Positions 27,001 through 42,000 of a stretch of 64,000 nt of DNA are shown piece after piece. The notes beneath the pieces were generated by a model. The model was not told the origin of the DNA. It searched no databases and saw nothing but the letters and a program-made list of their open reading frames with translations. Numbering within the stretch: position 1 is the first letter of the stretch; each line of letters opens with the position of its first letter. The translations under genes were made by a program, and so were the position numbers. This stretch comes from Nemertoderma westbladi (Eukaryota; Animalia; Xenacoelomorpha), in assembly GCA_032718475.1 (NCBI GenBank), contig JAUCBJ010002735.1, forward strand, positions 1-64,000. The letters run 5' to 3'.

Positions 27001-30000
27001 TCATGGCTGGTTTTGTGTGCCAATTATATCATCTGTTACAGCCACTTTAGGTATAGAATCCACACAATCTCTACACACTGCATCATCATATTCTTTCAAG
27101 ACTAATGGCTTCCAATCTGAAGATGTTGTTGACTATGATTTTTGTGTAGAATTTATGAATATAAAAGTGGGATATAGTTATGATGTGAAGTATGAATTGG
27201 GATTTCAAAACCAAAATTACAATTCTTCAGTGTCTAGTGCATTAGCATTAGCTAAACAACTTGACATAGAATATGGATGGTATAGTGCAATACTTTATCA
27301 TCGGGATTCGCCATTGGCAGACAATGCTGCTTTTGCGTTACAGGAAGATGTTATAGATAAATCTCACTTTGTTAGTGTTTCTCTTGTCTACGGTTCCTTC
27401 AAAGAAGAATTTATTGTATTCCAATGTTGTGATATATTTAACGGTTATAATATCAATCGTGCTGATTCGTATACTGTTGAGAAACAAGGTTTACACATTG
27501 CTGCCTTAAACTCATCTCGACGAGTGGCATCTAGTGTGACTGAAGATATTTTCGAAAGTTGGTTCTTTCTCGATTCCACATCTTTTGGTTCTGTTACAAA
27601 GGAGCAAGTTGGATATGTTGTTATACAGAAAAATTTGCAATACTGTGACAAAAAGGTTCAGGAGTTTATTTTTGGCAACGAACTATGTAGCACAATAAAT
27701 TGGGACTTGGCAACAATGATTTCAACACATTTAAATTTAATCGAAACTGACGTCGAACTTTGCCAGTCTTCATTCATGTTGATCCATAACAGCTTCACTG
27801 CATACCTTTGGGGTTTTGGTGAGTTAAAATCAATTGACGTGGCATGGGGTTACTGTCTTCAGAGATCGAAACAATTTTCCATTTATGAATATGCATCGTT
27901 TATGGGTGACTATAAGGTAATGGATTATCAGCATGAAAGCCTTAATGCTGAATGCTGGGGAATGTCTAAAGAAACCTCCATAGAGTGGAATCAGCTGTCA
28001 GAGTTTAATAAAACCCAATTACATAACACTATCTCCAGTTATGTTAGTAAACCAGGGTTCAATGTGGTGCATGGAGACTCTAACATTGTTGGGAATTGGG
28101 CTGACATTAATTATGATGTTGAGCAATGGGATTATGGGATTCAATTTGTTTTATCGCGCACAACCTCGACATTTGCGGAAGAAACATCATCTGGATTTCA
28201 TCTTGGTAATCAAGTTCATCAGTTATCCGTTATTGTAAACGCAACCCACAGTGTTTCCCACGAGACAATAGACTATCCAAATGACTTTTATATTAAATTT
28301 AAACTTGACGAAGCTCTCTGGAATTTATTTAATACTGATATGATATTTCATGGCCATATTGAAGACGTTATTGTTTGGGGCAACGCATTCGATAACAACT
28401 ACGATTTTATTTATGAATATTTAATGTGGTTTAAACCAGAGGACCACCATGTCGATTTTGCCACAAAATTTTATTATGACGATCGTGTCAATGAGAGAGT
28501 GGCTGTCAGTCAGACAACCTTAATGGGCAATTCATCACAGAGTATTAGTGATCTAGAGTATACCCTTGAGTTTGGGAGACAGCAGCTTGCCACAGCTGTA
28601 TCTACTATTGAAAAGTTATCTGGTTACCAGTCTGTGAATATATTTGAATACATGGAACTAATGATTGCTGAGCACAATTTTGGATTAGAGATGTTAGAAT
28701 GGTCGGATAATATCAATATTAGTAATATTCCAAAGGATAGAGCCCATTGTCAAACTGTTTACTTTCAACGGTCTACTGGTATTGTTAGACCAATCCCTTC
28801 TATTTTTGGAAACTGTATGTACAATGAACTTGAAGAATGCCATGAAGATGAATTTTTCACTAGTTATAAACTAAGTTATGTGGGTGTTGCGGTAGAGGAA
28901 AACATATTGGAGAACAACATTCGTGGTAAAACTGATGTTGGTCTTATGAATGCAACGGAATTTACACTTATCATTGACTGGGAGTTTCTATTTATGAGGG
29001 AAGATGTTAAAACAAGGCAAGATTCTGCATTTGTTGACAATGAATCCTTTGTTACTAATAATGTGTCTTTGAAGGATCAAGTTATTTGTTGGGGAAATGA
29101 AATAGCTACTAGTACCGATTACTTTTCATTGTCACTTTTGTATACCAAATTACCACAACTCGAAACTGCAATAGTGTTGGAACACAGTGTGTTAACATCT
29201 AATTATCAGCGTACTGCCATTAATTCAAGTTATTTCCAGGCGGAACAACACCATTATTTAACTGAGTGGGAAAAAGTGATGGGTGATGAGGCCATAACTT
29301 TTGATTACATGTATGCCACAGAAAGGGTTGACTTCTTTGATAAGTATTTTGCTTCCTCCCAGTGGTACAAAGCATGGGGCTTTGAAGTATCAGATTCTAT
29401 TACATGGACCACTGTGCTTAAGCACCATGAAAGTATTAATGATGAACATGCAGAATTGACTCTAGCATATGATAGATTTTGGTGTTATTCTTCTGCAATA
29501 TATACATCCATATTGTGCATGTTTGAACAAGACCATTTAGAGGTAGAATCAATTTTTTGCCAATTCTTCAAGAAGGATCAATCCAAATTAGAATTTGCAG
29601 TTTTGTCTGAAGGCAATATTGAATTATGCACAGCAGGTTACAAATTCAACCAAACTCCGTTGATGCAAAGCAAGGAACGTGCCCTAGAATGGAGCACTAC
29701 GGAAGCGTTGTCAGTCTCCAAATATACTGAAAAGGTTTCTTGGTCTGTTTCTGGTTATAACATTGAAAGTGAAGTAATTAAATCGTGTTCAACTGTGCTA
29801 TCTACGGCAGTTGAAAGACTGTTTGATGGTGAATGGTTTTCTCTTGAACAATTAAATGTTTCAGAATTTGAGGTTGAATCTGTAGAAGAATTATATTCTT
29901 CCGTAGAGTTGCTTAGGCACAATACTCATGTATCCCGCACAATTTGTGATTTTACATTAAACTATACATATTGGGAACAAGTTACTCTATTCAAGCCGCA

Positions 30001-33000
30001 TTACCAAACAAGTAATTCCCATTATAAACTGGAGTCTGATATGGCCACAGAGACTTATATTATTAGTCATCAAAGGTTACAAAGCATTGCTTTAACTAAT
30101 GTCATTGACATGGAATGGCTTTGTTTGGATGTTAATTGTCGATTTGGAGTGTCATCTGAAAAAGTAATTGAAGTATCTGATAATATTCATGACGAGAGGC
30201 TGGATAGTGTTTTATCAGTTTCGATCCTTGGTATGCATTTAGATTCCGTCATTATTTGGCAAAGTTTGCAAAAATTTAATGTTGAAAAACTCTACCTGGA
30301 ATTGGCTCATGAAATATTATTATCATCTTTTGAAAATTATCAGTTTTCTAGCTTTGGCATTTCTTTTTGTAATGCTGCTGAGAATACGTTATTGCCTTTT
30401 GATGATAAGGCAATATCAATTGAAGCATTACCTGCTACAGATAAAGCTGATATCGTATTACATTCAACCAAACTCTCTGGTCCTGGATTTACAACCAAAG
30501 GCACTGCGCTTGGTATTGATAAATCAGTTGAATTGAAGTGGTTCAACACAGAAATATGTGAAACATTTTACACCAAAAACAATGCACCTTGGTCAACCGT
30601 AGACTTATTCCCAGGTTTAATCGCAAGAAGTAGTGAACAATATACTTCGGGAAACAGCGAAGAAGTTGACAGTGATGTGTTTATTTTTGCTCCTGAGTTT
30701 TTTAAACGAAATATATTTATAGACCACACCTCCATAGCATATGAAACTGATAGAGTGATGCAAACAGCCTATATGGAATCTCAGCTATGTTATGGGAACC
30801 AGATTCAAGCTAAAGGTACATTGGATTACTCTGAAACTATGTCTACTCATATACATTTGGAATGCGCCTGTGAAGAAGAGATTTTGCATTCGTTTGACCA
30901 ACAACTTAATGTATGCACAATAACGGCACGGGGATTGGGTGACATCAAATTTGGCGATGATTTTGAAATATGTTTCCCGAATAATTTCTGTGACTATTCT
31001 GCAGATTGTGCGTCACTGAGAATTGAACTCTACTCCCAAGGATATGCTGCAGTATGCGGCAATTATTTCCAACTAGGTGTGGGTTATTCAAATACTATTC
31101 TTTGGGATTATCCCCTGGATTGTATCTTAAATTTTAAATTATTTTATTTGAAAGAAGGGGATGTTGATGGATTTGTTTCTCAAGAAAGCCATTGTTTTAG
31201 AGAAACTGTATACGGAGATGAATTGTCAGACGACTTGCAAGTTCTTTGGGATGAACTTAACTGTGTTGAATTTTACCACCATGATTTAATGCATACAAAG
31301 TTAGAGTTTATTGAGAAACTAACTTATACTAAACCTGTAACAGAAGTTATAACCATATTTGGAAGTTTGGCAGTAAACGAAGTAGAACTTTACCAAGATG
31401 AGTTGTTTATTCAAACTAGTTTAATATTCCAAACTGCCGATATTACGTATGTTGAGTACTCTTTGAATCGGAACCTTCGAACTGCAATTAGAAATATATT
31501 ATTATGTTGCCATGTCGAAGAAAAACTTCACAATTGGGACATTACAAATGATATTTTCTTTGATCACAGCGCTGAAACAGCAGGCAGCTATACCCAAGAG
31601 TATTTTTCTTCTTATGTTGATGAAATTGATGCAATTATAGTTTATGGAATTTGCATAGAAGTTGTGACACAGTGGGATGAAGTACTCTTTGCACCTCCTC
31701 AACTGTTTGAAAACGTTGTCGAAAATGTTGCTGTAAATAATATTAGTTTACATTATAAAACGTCAAAGGGAGTCGCAATGGCATTCGCTGAAGCTGACTT
31801 CGACGACTCCTATTGGATATACTTGTGTGAGATCAACATTGAGGATACTGTTCTTGAAACAGTATCTCAATACAATGAAGACCATATTATTCTAGAATAT
31901 GGAAAGGCCTCTAAGGTATTGAAAGAAGGCTCTGCTGAAATATCATATATTATTATTGAGTTTGTTTCCCAAGAATTATTTAACGTTCATACTGATCACC
32001 TAAATATTTCTCAAATGCCAAATTTGTTTCAGAGAGTTCATAAAATGGATAGTGTAAAAAAGTGGGGTTTTGGTGGTCTAAATTGTGGAATGCAACTACA
32101 AAGATGTGATATTATATTAAAGGTTACGGATGACATGGCTATGGGTTCACTTGTGCCAAATAGTCTGTACGAACTGTTTAGTGGTGGCACATATGTTAAT
32201 GTATTACATTCTGCAAGTCAAAATGAATTTGTCTCTGAACGAGTAAGTGATATTGGTGTAAAAATTATTGAAAATATAAACTTTTGTGTTTATGACGAGT
32301 TTATTCAAGAAAAAGTATTTCATGGCTTTACTAAACCAATTGGATTTGGTATTCAAAATACGGGATTTGGACAGTTCTTAGAAACAAGTGATTGTTCTAC
32401 CAATCCATATGAAACTATATTTGTGAGTTATTCTTCAGATGATAATCAACAGACATCAGCTGTTGCTCAGGTATTTAAAGTTTTATGTAATGCCACTGTT
32501 GACAATGTATTTCTGCAACATGAACTTGATGACATTTATGATGAAGCATTTGATTACGACAAGGCGACTTCAATATGTGAAGACCAATCTTCAATGCAAA
32601 CATCTATGATTTTACACGAAGTCTTAAATGATTTAGCAAGGGTTACTGCAGTTCATGGAATTGAGTGGGACTTTATAGGTGGCAAAGTAGATAAATTTAT
32701 CTTTGAAATGGAGAAAGGTTTACTAACTTATAATGTTGTAGACTATTTGCTTTGCATTGAGGATTATAATACTATTCTATTTAAACCTGAATTAATAACA
32801 GAATGCCCAGTAAGTTGCGATGTTAAAGATGATTTAACGCACTTTAAAATTATTGGTAAATCAGTAATTACAGTGAATGGTTGCAGTGATGATATGACAT
32901 ATGGAATTGATGATGAAGACTTAGAAATTCGCTCCATATCACAAGCCACAGAAGCGCAATGGAAAATGGTATTTGTATGTTTAATTATGAAGCCCTCAAT

Positions 33001-36000
33001 TTCTGAAGTTAGCATACATGGGATGTCATCAATTGGATTTGATATGTGGGTTGAGCCCGTAGAGTTTGAGATTGAGCTGGAGGGGAACCGTGTTGATAAC
33101 GTGATGAAGTATGACCCAGAATTAACGATGGATACGAAAATTAAACGAAGTGAAATGATGGGTTATGGCGAGCAATTTAATGAGGTATGGCAACTTCATG
33201 ACTTGTCACACATAGAAGGATACAACTGTGAATTAGTGCAGATGAGCTTGATTCCCTTCTGTTTTAATAAGGGTTTTCCACAGCATGGATTTATTGTAAG
33301 GGGTAAAGAATCATATGGGGAATTTACACACCCTAATGAATTCAGTGATATTGACCCTTTGACATATTTAAAGACTGATTTCATAATTGAAGGGGATATT
33401 GAAAGAACTAGTTTCATTCCTCGAAGGTGGGCAACAGTGATGGGTGTTGCTAATTTAAAGGAATGCGATGCAGAAGAGGCTGTCGCTGAGGTTATTTACG
33501 ATAATCTCGCCAGTGCTGCTTTGCATACATACCAGAATTGGTTTGTTCATCCAATAAAGGCATTGGGAACAATTAACCGAGGACAGGCAACAGAGAATGA
33601 TTGCTGTATTGATTGGTATAAGGGCACTTGGTATAAACCTACAATTCCCGTTGATCGAGCCAATCTCCACGAAATTCATCGGAATATATTTTCTACATTT
33701 GAGGTATGTCAGGAAGTAACATGGCGTGAAACAAATACACTCATAATTACGTATGAACACACTGAAACTGACAAACCGGATGCTTTTGAACCAGTAACTT
33801 ATGAATCAGTTAAATTTGTTGTTGAACCACATCCTAATCTTAATTCATGTATCATTGAATTTGTGTTAACTTATGGTTTGGGAAATGAAGTTCATAATAT
33901 GTGGTATAATATGGAAACATTTACTGCGGAATGCCGCGAATTCACTGTTATGCGAAAGGAATGGAATAATTTAATTCCATATGCACAATGTTTTAAAGAG
34001 AGAGTGTATTGTCTATTAGATCTACAAAATCCGAATGCTACATGGTCAACTGCTGAAATATTTAGATTTATTTATGATATATCTTATACATTGGAACGTG
34101 TTGAACAGGAAAGGTCGTGGGAAGAAAGTTATCAAAGGAAGATTATCGAATTACATAGTTCCTATGAAGAGGATATACAATTAGATTCATATAAGGACTT
34201 TGTAGTGGATGTCTATAAGTATGAACTTGTCAGACCGAAAATGATTCCAGTGCCATTTGAAATAATAAAGAAGAAACCAAAGCCACATGCCCAATCTTTT
34301 GCGATGAAGATGCTACTGGGATGGGAATCTGGTGATCTTATTGACATTGTCCCAAGCATTAACGCTCACGTATCATGGAGTAAAGCGTTATCAAGGCCTC
34401 CTAAGATATCCTCTGAAATTGTGTATGGAAAACAGGTACAGGAGGATATATTGATACCAGAGGATAGGTGTGATGATCATAAATCAGTCAGTTTAGAAAT
34501 TGATAATGTCCAACTTGTAAAAAGTACTTCGGAGTTATCCAAAAAGTTATGCGTAGACTTTAATCTCGTTCATTGTTTTGCCATCCAAGCGGTTGATGAT
34601 ATATTTACCAACAAAGTGGAACAATTTTATGAATTACTGGAAACCAAATGTGCAAGCAAGTGTTACGAAAGAAATTATATGATAAAAGACTATAATGTAG
34701 AAACTGTGGATTTTAATAATATGAGTAAGGTTGAGAAATTGGAACGAGCATTCACAAGGTGTTTTTTGACATCTTTCCAATATGATACTGAGAATGTGTT
34801 AATTGGAATAGAGGAAGATTTTGATTGCACCAGAGTTAAGGCACTTGCTCCTCTTTTGTTCTATGCCCAATCTAGTATTGCTTCGGATTATGTTGAAACA
34901 CCACATGAATTTTCGGTTAAGCAAGTTATATTTGATTATACTACGGAGGTAATTCATGAGAAGTGCAAATATTACACTCCATCTGTTAACATTATTTTCG
35001 GTTTTGTAAAGAGCACTTTTCTCTTCAGCCCCGAAATTGAGGTTTATGGTGCTGATTTTGCTTGGAATGCATTTGAATCAGCCTCTGAATCTCTTGCAGT
35101 TGACGTCATCTTCCACAATGCTTCAGCCAATATCGCAATTGGCTTATGTTCATCAATTATTGAAGGTATTCAGTGGATAACTACTGGTATTTGTAGTACA
35201 CAATCAATTGAATATCAGAAAATGGAGATTAATTACGAAAGCGAATGTTTTACCAAAGATGTCAATCATGACGTTGTGTATGCTGTTTGTAAAGGAGATA
35301 CTAATTTTACATCGGAATTCTGGGAAAATGTCAAGTCATGTATGTTTAATTTGCCACAGGAGGAGTCAATTTCATGGTCAACTATGGATATCTCCTATGA
35401 TACATACTTATTATGTTTGAACCTAATGCATGGTTCTATTGGGATCAATAGACTTTATTATAGTGAAGCTATTCCATTTGATGGCGTTTATAACATAGAC
35501 CATACCACAGAAGTTGCAGGAGATGTAGTATCATTGAAACGAAGTTGTTCCTCTTTTAGTAGGATATTGTGCGATGCTGAAAGTTCTGACATAATGCAGA
35601 CATATTTTATGACTCATGTGTTTATTGGAGAAGTTCCCTCTAAAGATCAAACTGTAATTAACTTTCAAGAACATTTTGAAATTACCAATTTAACAAATGT
35701 AGTGGTATGTTATGGTATGTATCGTGAAAATGATATCTTCTGGGAGAATGTTAACACTGTATTACCTTATAAAGTTCAAACATTGAACTTCAACTGGGAA
35801 ACAACTAATCCCGGATATATACTGAGCGCACATAAGTATCAACCACGAGTGATGGCTTTTGGTGACAAGTTACCAGCCGTTCAGAGTTGGTCAAAATCTA
35901 TCCCAAAGGAAATATCTCGCTTCCAAGTAGAGCAAGGAGTTTTTGTCACAGATAGCTACTACTGGCTTGAGCAGAATGCATCTATCTCAATATCAAATTC

Positions 36001-39000
36001 TCGTGGATTTGGATATGAAAGTGAAACTAAATGGGTTGAGATATGGCAAACATTTGACGAACCATATCCATTGAATGTCACTGTCAACGAGGAACCACAT
36101 TTGCTTATTAGCCAGAAATCCATGGTTCCCAAATGGGGTAAAGAACGTGATTCATATGGTGGATCATGGGATGAACTAGTGACATGCAACTTTGAGTATA
36201 TGAATAGTAATTTTACGAAGTTAATTAGTGAAAGTCGTACTTGGTGGCATGCGATCGCTATGGAGGTTATATCGCATGGGTGCTCATTAGAACATTGGGA
36301 CAATTTGGAAGGTACAATGCCTTTCTATGCCATAAGGTATGTTGATATTGTAAATATAGTTGAAGTTGGCTATGATCTTAGCAATGCTTCTGTTAGAACA
36401 GTCCAACCTACTCAAGGCATTCCATTACTGGATTGGGATGGTGACTCTGAGAATTCAAATATATTTCTACCGATGTTATTTGAAATTGAGAAAGTATCAC
36501 TTTCTAGTGAAACGCAATCATTTAATAATTATCATTATGATAATCAGGACAGATTTGTTGGTGATGCCATTGAGAATGAAGTACTATGGCTCTTTGCCCA
36601 TCGGCAATTCTTTGGATATAAAGAAGAAGGATTAGTTGCTAATATATGTTACATTAATCTAATTAGCAATGCCATAGGGAATAAGGAAATTGTTTGGGGG
36701 ACACCATTGTCGTTAACTCCAGAAACATGGGATAGCTTGATAAATAGAAAACCACATCATTTTGTATCATGTAATGCCAATAGTATCTTATTTGATTACG
36801 GATATGCCACTCAAGGAACAATATCTTGCTTTAAAGAAAACGGCAGAGAATTGGAAGAATCTATCGAGTGGGAGAGTAGTCATGTTTTTGATAATTACTA
36901 CAGAAGAGTTGAAGAGTTCTCAAAAAGTGAAACAATTTGTGTTGAACTTGAAAGGGTATATAATATTTATTTCAGCTTAGATTTATTTATGTCAGAAATT
37001 TGCTGGTATTCTCCAAAGTTTGAATCACTGCTGCCCTTTACAGCTGATAAAATAAACACAACAGTAATCGGATATGACATTGTGGTGAATCAGTTTGACA
37101 TTCTCGTTGATTCATATTCGAGATATTGCTATGAAGGGCGAGGTGAATTTCAGTACATCTTCTTTTATAATTGTGAGGCTTATGTTGAACCAAAACGAAC
37201 TAGTGCAGCTCATATTGTAACCGAGTGGGGATTCCAGACAGAGGAGACTGATTTAAATTCTGTCCAGGTTTGGGCAGAAGGGTCGACATATTCTGTCGCA
37301 TGGGAAAAGACTGATCAATATTTCGGTAAATATATTCCAAAACAGCAAAATGCCTACGAGATAGATAATGTTGATGAGAATGATGAGTTCCCCAATGTTT
37401 CTTATGCGATGGTCTACAATAAATACATAGAGGAGGAAATCCGATGGGCCTATGTGCAACAACTGGAAAGTATTGAGTGGAATTTAGAAAGTGCCAATGA
37501 AATGAAATATAGTGGGAAATTTACTAGTGTTTATAAAATGGCAGTTGCTCATATCATGGGGGTTGGCTTGCAGAATATAGGAAATAAAGTCCACAACTGT
37601 AATGTATTTGATCATTTAAATTTTAATGTATGTTACGCATCATCGTCAGACATTGAACGCAATAACAATATGGCGCACCATTGTAGCTCATATCTTTATC
37701 GAGGCGATGCATTGGTCAATGAAATTCCATACGAAGAAACACCAGAATGCGGCTGGGAAAGAAGTTTGGCGACGGCATCGTGGGTTCAGGTGATCCCATA
37801 CTCACAATCAGATAAAGAGATTACAACATTTACAATATTTGGTGTTCCTATTCTATCACAAGGAAGAGGCCAAGCTGGAAATTTAAAGGAGTTTACCAAG
37901 GAAATTACCGCTGAAAAAGCAGATTGTGTATTTGCACCTGTCTTCATGAGACCATCAGTTTTCATTGCATTACATATAATTGAACCATCATCTTTGACTC
38001 CTGTAAACTCTGAATTTGCAAACTACTTCTTCTCAGAGTCTTATGAACTTTGCCATGTCACTGCTTCCATTAGTTATTGGGATTCCTTAACTGTAAGAAG
38101 GGGTGTTAGTTCTCAAATGATGTTATGTTCTAAACCTGACTTTTGGAATATAATTTATGAAAACTTAGATAATTTATCATCTGAGAAATATTTGTACGAT
38201 GTGGCTGAAACAGTTTATACTTCACAGTCAACAGTTGTTGCTGACAAAATTACTTTTGTTTTAGAGGCAGTTTCAATTGATAATAAAATAACATGGGATA
38301 ATTACACGGAAGCACCTGACAGTCAAAGCTGCAAGCTGAACTACTCATATGAAACGGGACGGCTTGTAACTGCTGGTAAAACTTCATCGAAGGAATTTTG
38401 TGTTCCATGTTGTGAATTTGAATTGAATGGAATAGAGGCTGTTACAAGTAGAGATGTTGTATCAATAACGAATGAACATGCTGTTACATCTACTAAATGG
38501 TATCAATTAGAACGCGAGATTGAGTTATCCTTTACTCAGATGAAAGGCAAAGGTGTATTTAGTAGTGTTGAATTCTTACATGTTGGTCGTTTCAACAAAG
38601 AAGTTCCAGATGAGGAGTGTGCTGATTTGAAGGAAAATTTAAGTATTTTTGATTATGAATTCCATATAGAAGTTGGATTTTCTCTGAATATGGCTGAATT
38701 CAAAGTCGTTAAAGATGATACTCAGTGTGTGGGTGGCTGGTTTAAGCATGTGATAGGTGATGAAGTAGTTGATGTGACATATGGAGATGTGATGAGACAT
38801 TGTGGTGACATTGGTGTAATTACTAATTATGGGATGGAGTTTATTAATGTAATGCATTGGGATATCACTGAGAAATACGTACTTTCTCAACAAGAATCAG
38901 CCCGTTGTATGGAAATATTTGAGGATTCGCAACTTCGCCATCATGTTTTTGTTGGATGTGAGTTTGGTACTGGTCAACAAATATTGTGTGAAGAAAACTG

Positions 39001-42000
39001 GATGACACCATTGGCATATGTGGAAAGGAATTACCAGACATGCCATGTCAATTCGAATTATGTGGAATATGGATTATTTAAAAACGTTTTTGTGGATCGG
39101 TTTAATACAATGGGTATTGCTATTGATGACTTGGAGCAATATAGTACAATTTCCTTAATTTCTTGTGCCATTGTGCACGAACATGCCATTGGTGGTACCC
39201 ATGAAACTGGTAGTTTAATTCTACAAGTGAAATCGACATCTTCATTTTCATTTTGCAATAGCAGTGTCGATTTCGAGATTGGTGAATGGGAAATTATCTT
39301 CCCTATTAATGAGAGAGCTATCAAGCAAGATTATGTCGCAATTTATTACCATTCTAATTTAGAAATTGCTGGCGACTTATGTAGTTATGTCATATATGGT
39401 GACTTTTATGAGACCTCTATAAAATGGGGAATTACTGGAACAATTTCAAATTTGAAATTTCACAATGCGATTGAAAATTATGAAATCGGATTTTTAGGTG
39501 CGATGTGCAATGCAGTTTACGCCACAATTGAGTGTCAACCGCGTGATGCGGTTGAAGAGGATACATGGAACACTGGTCAAGTCATAAGCAAAAATGAACT
39601 TATTCATGACATTGCTAATACTTCAATTCAGTGGAATTGGCTGCATAAAGTTGTGTCATGTAGACAAGATATAACACATGGCTCAGTTCTCGACCTTTCC
39701 ATTCACTGGCACTCTTTATCAACACTTTATGTTGAGGAGTTTAATGAACAGAAAGTAAACTTAGTAGAAACCGTTTTTGAGCCACTTGGTTGTCATCGCA
39801 CTGGGTATGGTATTGAACAAAATATTGCGAAAGAAGTATTTGGGGAAATAGAATTTGATATACTGATTGAAAATACTTATAAATCATCGGAAATTGAAAT
39901 GCTTGGCTTTTCTGTCCAGGGCCTTTATGAAGATGCCAATGTTCTGAGACAGCCTCATATAAATGGTGATTATGTTGAAGAGAGTGTTCAATATTTATAT
40001 GCAGATGTATACGAGGGTTTCAAGTTTACTAATGTGAAATCCTCTTATGCTATTGACTTCTATCCACAGATGTTAAATCGTCGCGATGTTTGCATATTTG
40101 GAGGTTATTTAGAGATGTATCTAGAAGAATGTTGGCACTTTCTCGGTAGTTCACATGTACAACATTACGATATTGAATTTGCAGAACAGTATATGACAGG
40201 CGAATATAGTATTGCGCATCCAGACACATTCATGCCCATAATTCAGGGTGTTACTGTGTCTGGTGAGATTTCATGGTGTTCATCAGTAGATAGATACACT
40301 AAAGATATTGCTGTGGATTACAGTAGTAGTTATATTTTTGGAGATAACATGGAAAATTTCGACACATCAAGCTCTTTCATTGTTTGTGGAAATTCTGTAA
40401 GTGATGATTTTGACATGGAATGGGACTTTATTGGGCTCAGCACATTAAAATCATTTGTTCAAGAGATGGTTGGAGGAGAAATAGAATCCCCCTTCGAAGG
40501 AGACCTTGATGTCAACAATGTTGTTGTGTATGGAATGGTTTATCTAAGTCATATGGGTTGGGAATCTACTGCTTTGATGCAATATTCACAGAAAGAAGCA
40601 GCACAATTGTATTTACATGATAAACAGTTGGCAACTAAATATAATGTAAATACTGGAACAAATATGGGAATTGGAAAAAATCAACAAGAGTCTTTACCAA
40701 TTGAAGAAGCATTTACATTTTCTGAGAAGAGAATATATAATCAATTTTGCAATATTAACAGCGAAATGCATTGGCTAGATGGTAATCCTAGTGTTTCATG
40801 GCATTCTTCTAGAGGATATGGTTTGGAGAATTCAGAGCATTTGGATGCTACAAATGTCATGTGGATCGAAAAACCTGTTGTGGAAGTTATCAAACCTTCA
40901 TACCATCTGGAGAGTTTCATTAATACATACTATACAACCTATGGAGTAAATATGTGTTATGGGTGTCTCGAACAATCGGTGGAACAACTTGAAGGAGATT
41001 TGTCAATATTTGGAGTGACTACAGAATATGAGACTCCAACAGTAACGACTCATGTGTTTATTTACTGCGACAGCACTGCTAATGAAATAACCGTCTTCGG
41101 TGAAGAATTGATCAACCGTCACAGTTGGTATAAGACTATTAGTGTCATTCAACCGAAAATGGAATCTGCTGATATACACGTGGAAGCAGAATCTATTTAT
41201 GTGAAAGGTAGTATGTTCTTTAAAGAAATAACTTGTCTACCTAATATGCAATGGATTGATAATGAGTTTGATTATTCAATGGATTTGACGATTTTTAAGA
41301 ACAAAGTTGAGTATCCTGTTATAGAGCTTACTTCAATAGAATTTAGTGAGAAGCCAGACATTTCTTTTGCGTACATGCAAGGTATTGCTGTATATCTAGA
41401 GGTCGATTTTGATAGTGTTGATATTTATGGCGATTTGGGCAAAGAACTAGATTCAGCGCAACGAATCGGCATGCATGATGTTTTTGATAACTCTTATTCA
41501 TCTCTAGAATCTGTAGCAATGTGTCATCCAGCACTTGATCAAGCGTTCTCACATTATGGGACTATAACAAGTTTATTTTATGAGAAACACGGCTTTGAAT
41601 ATGCAGAATGGTCATTGGGTGATTCTATAGATGGTTATTCAACATCTAAATTTGAGATTCAATTTGGGAACGAAATTCCGTCAAACCTGGAATGGGATAT
41701 TTTACAATATACTGGGGAATTTAAACGAACAAGTGCAGTTTCTAGAACACATTTTGATAGAGTTATGCCTACTATAAAGACACATGAAGCTCATATTTGG
41801 TGCATATCAAAATGTTCTGGTTATGATGCTGTTTGGTTCACTGCTACACCAAAAGTGTCTGAGAGGTTTCATTTGGAAAATGCTCACCAAAGTAAATACC
41901 TGATGGAGTGGTATTACGGATCCGAGAATATTAGTTACATTATTTATGGTAATTGTTATGATAATGATTGTCATTTTGAATTTTGCAGAGATTTTATTTC

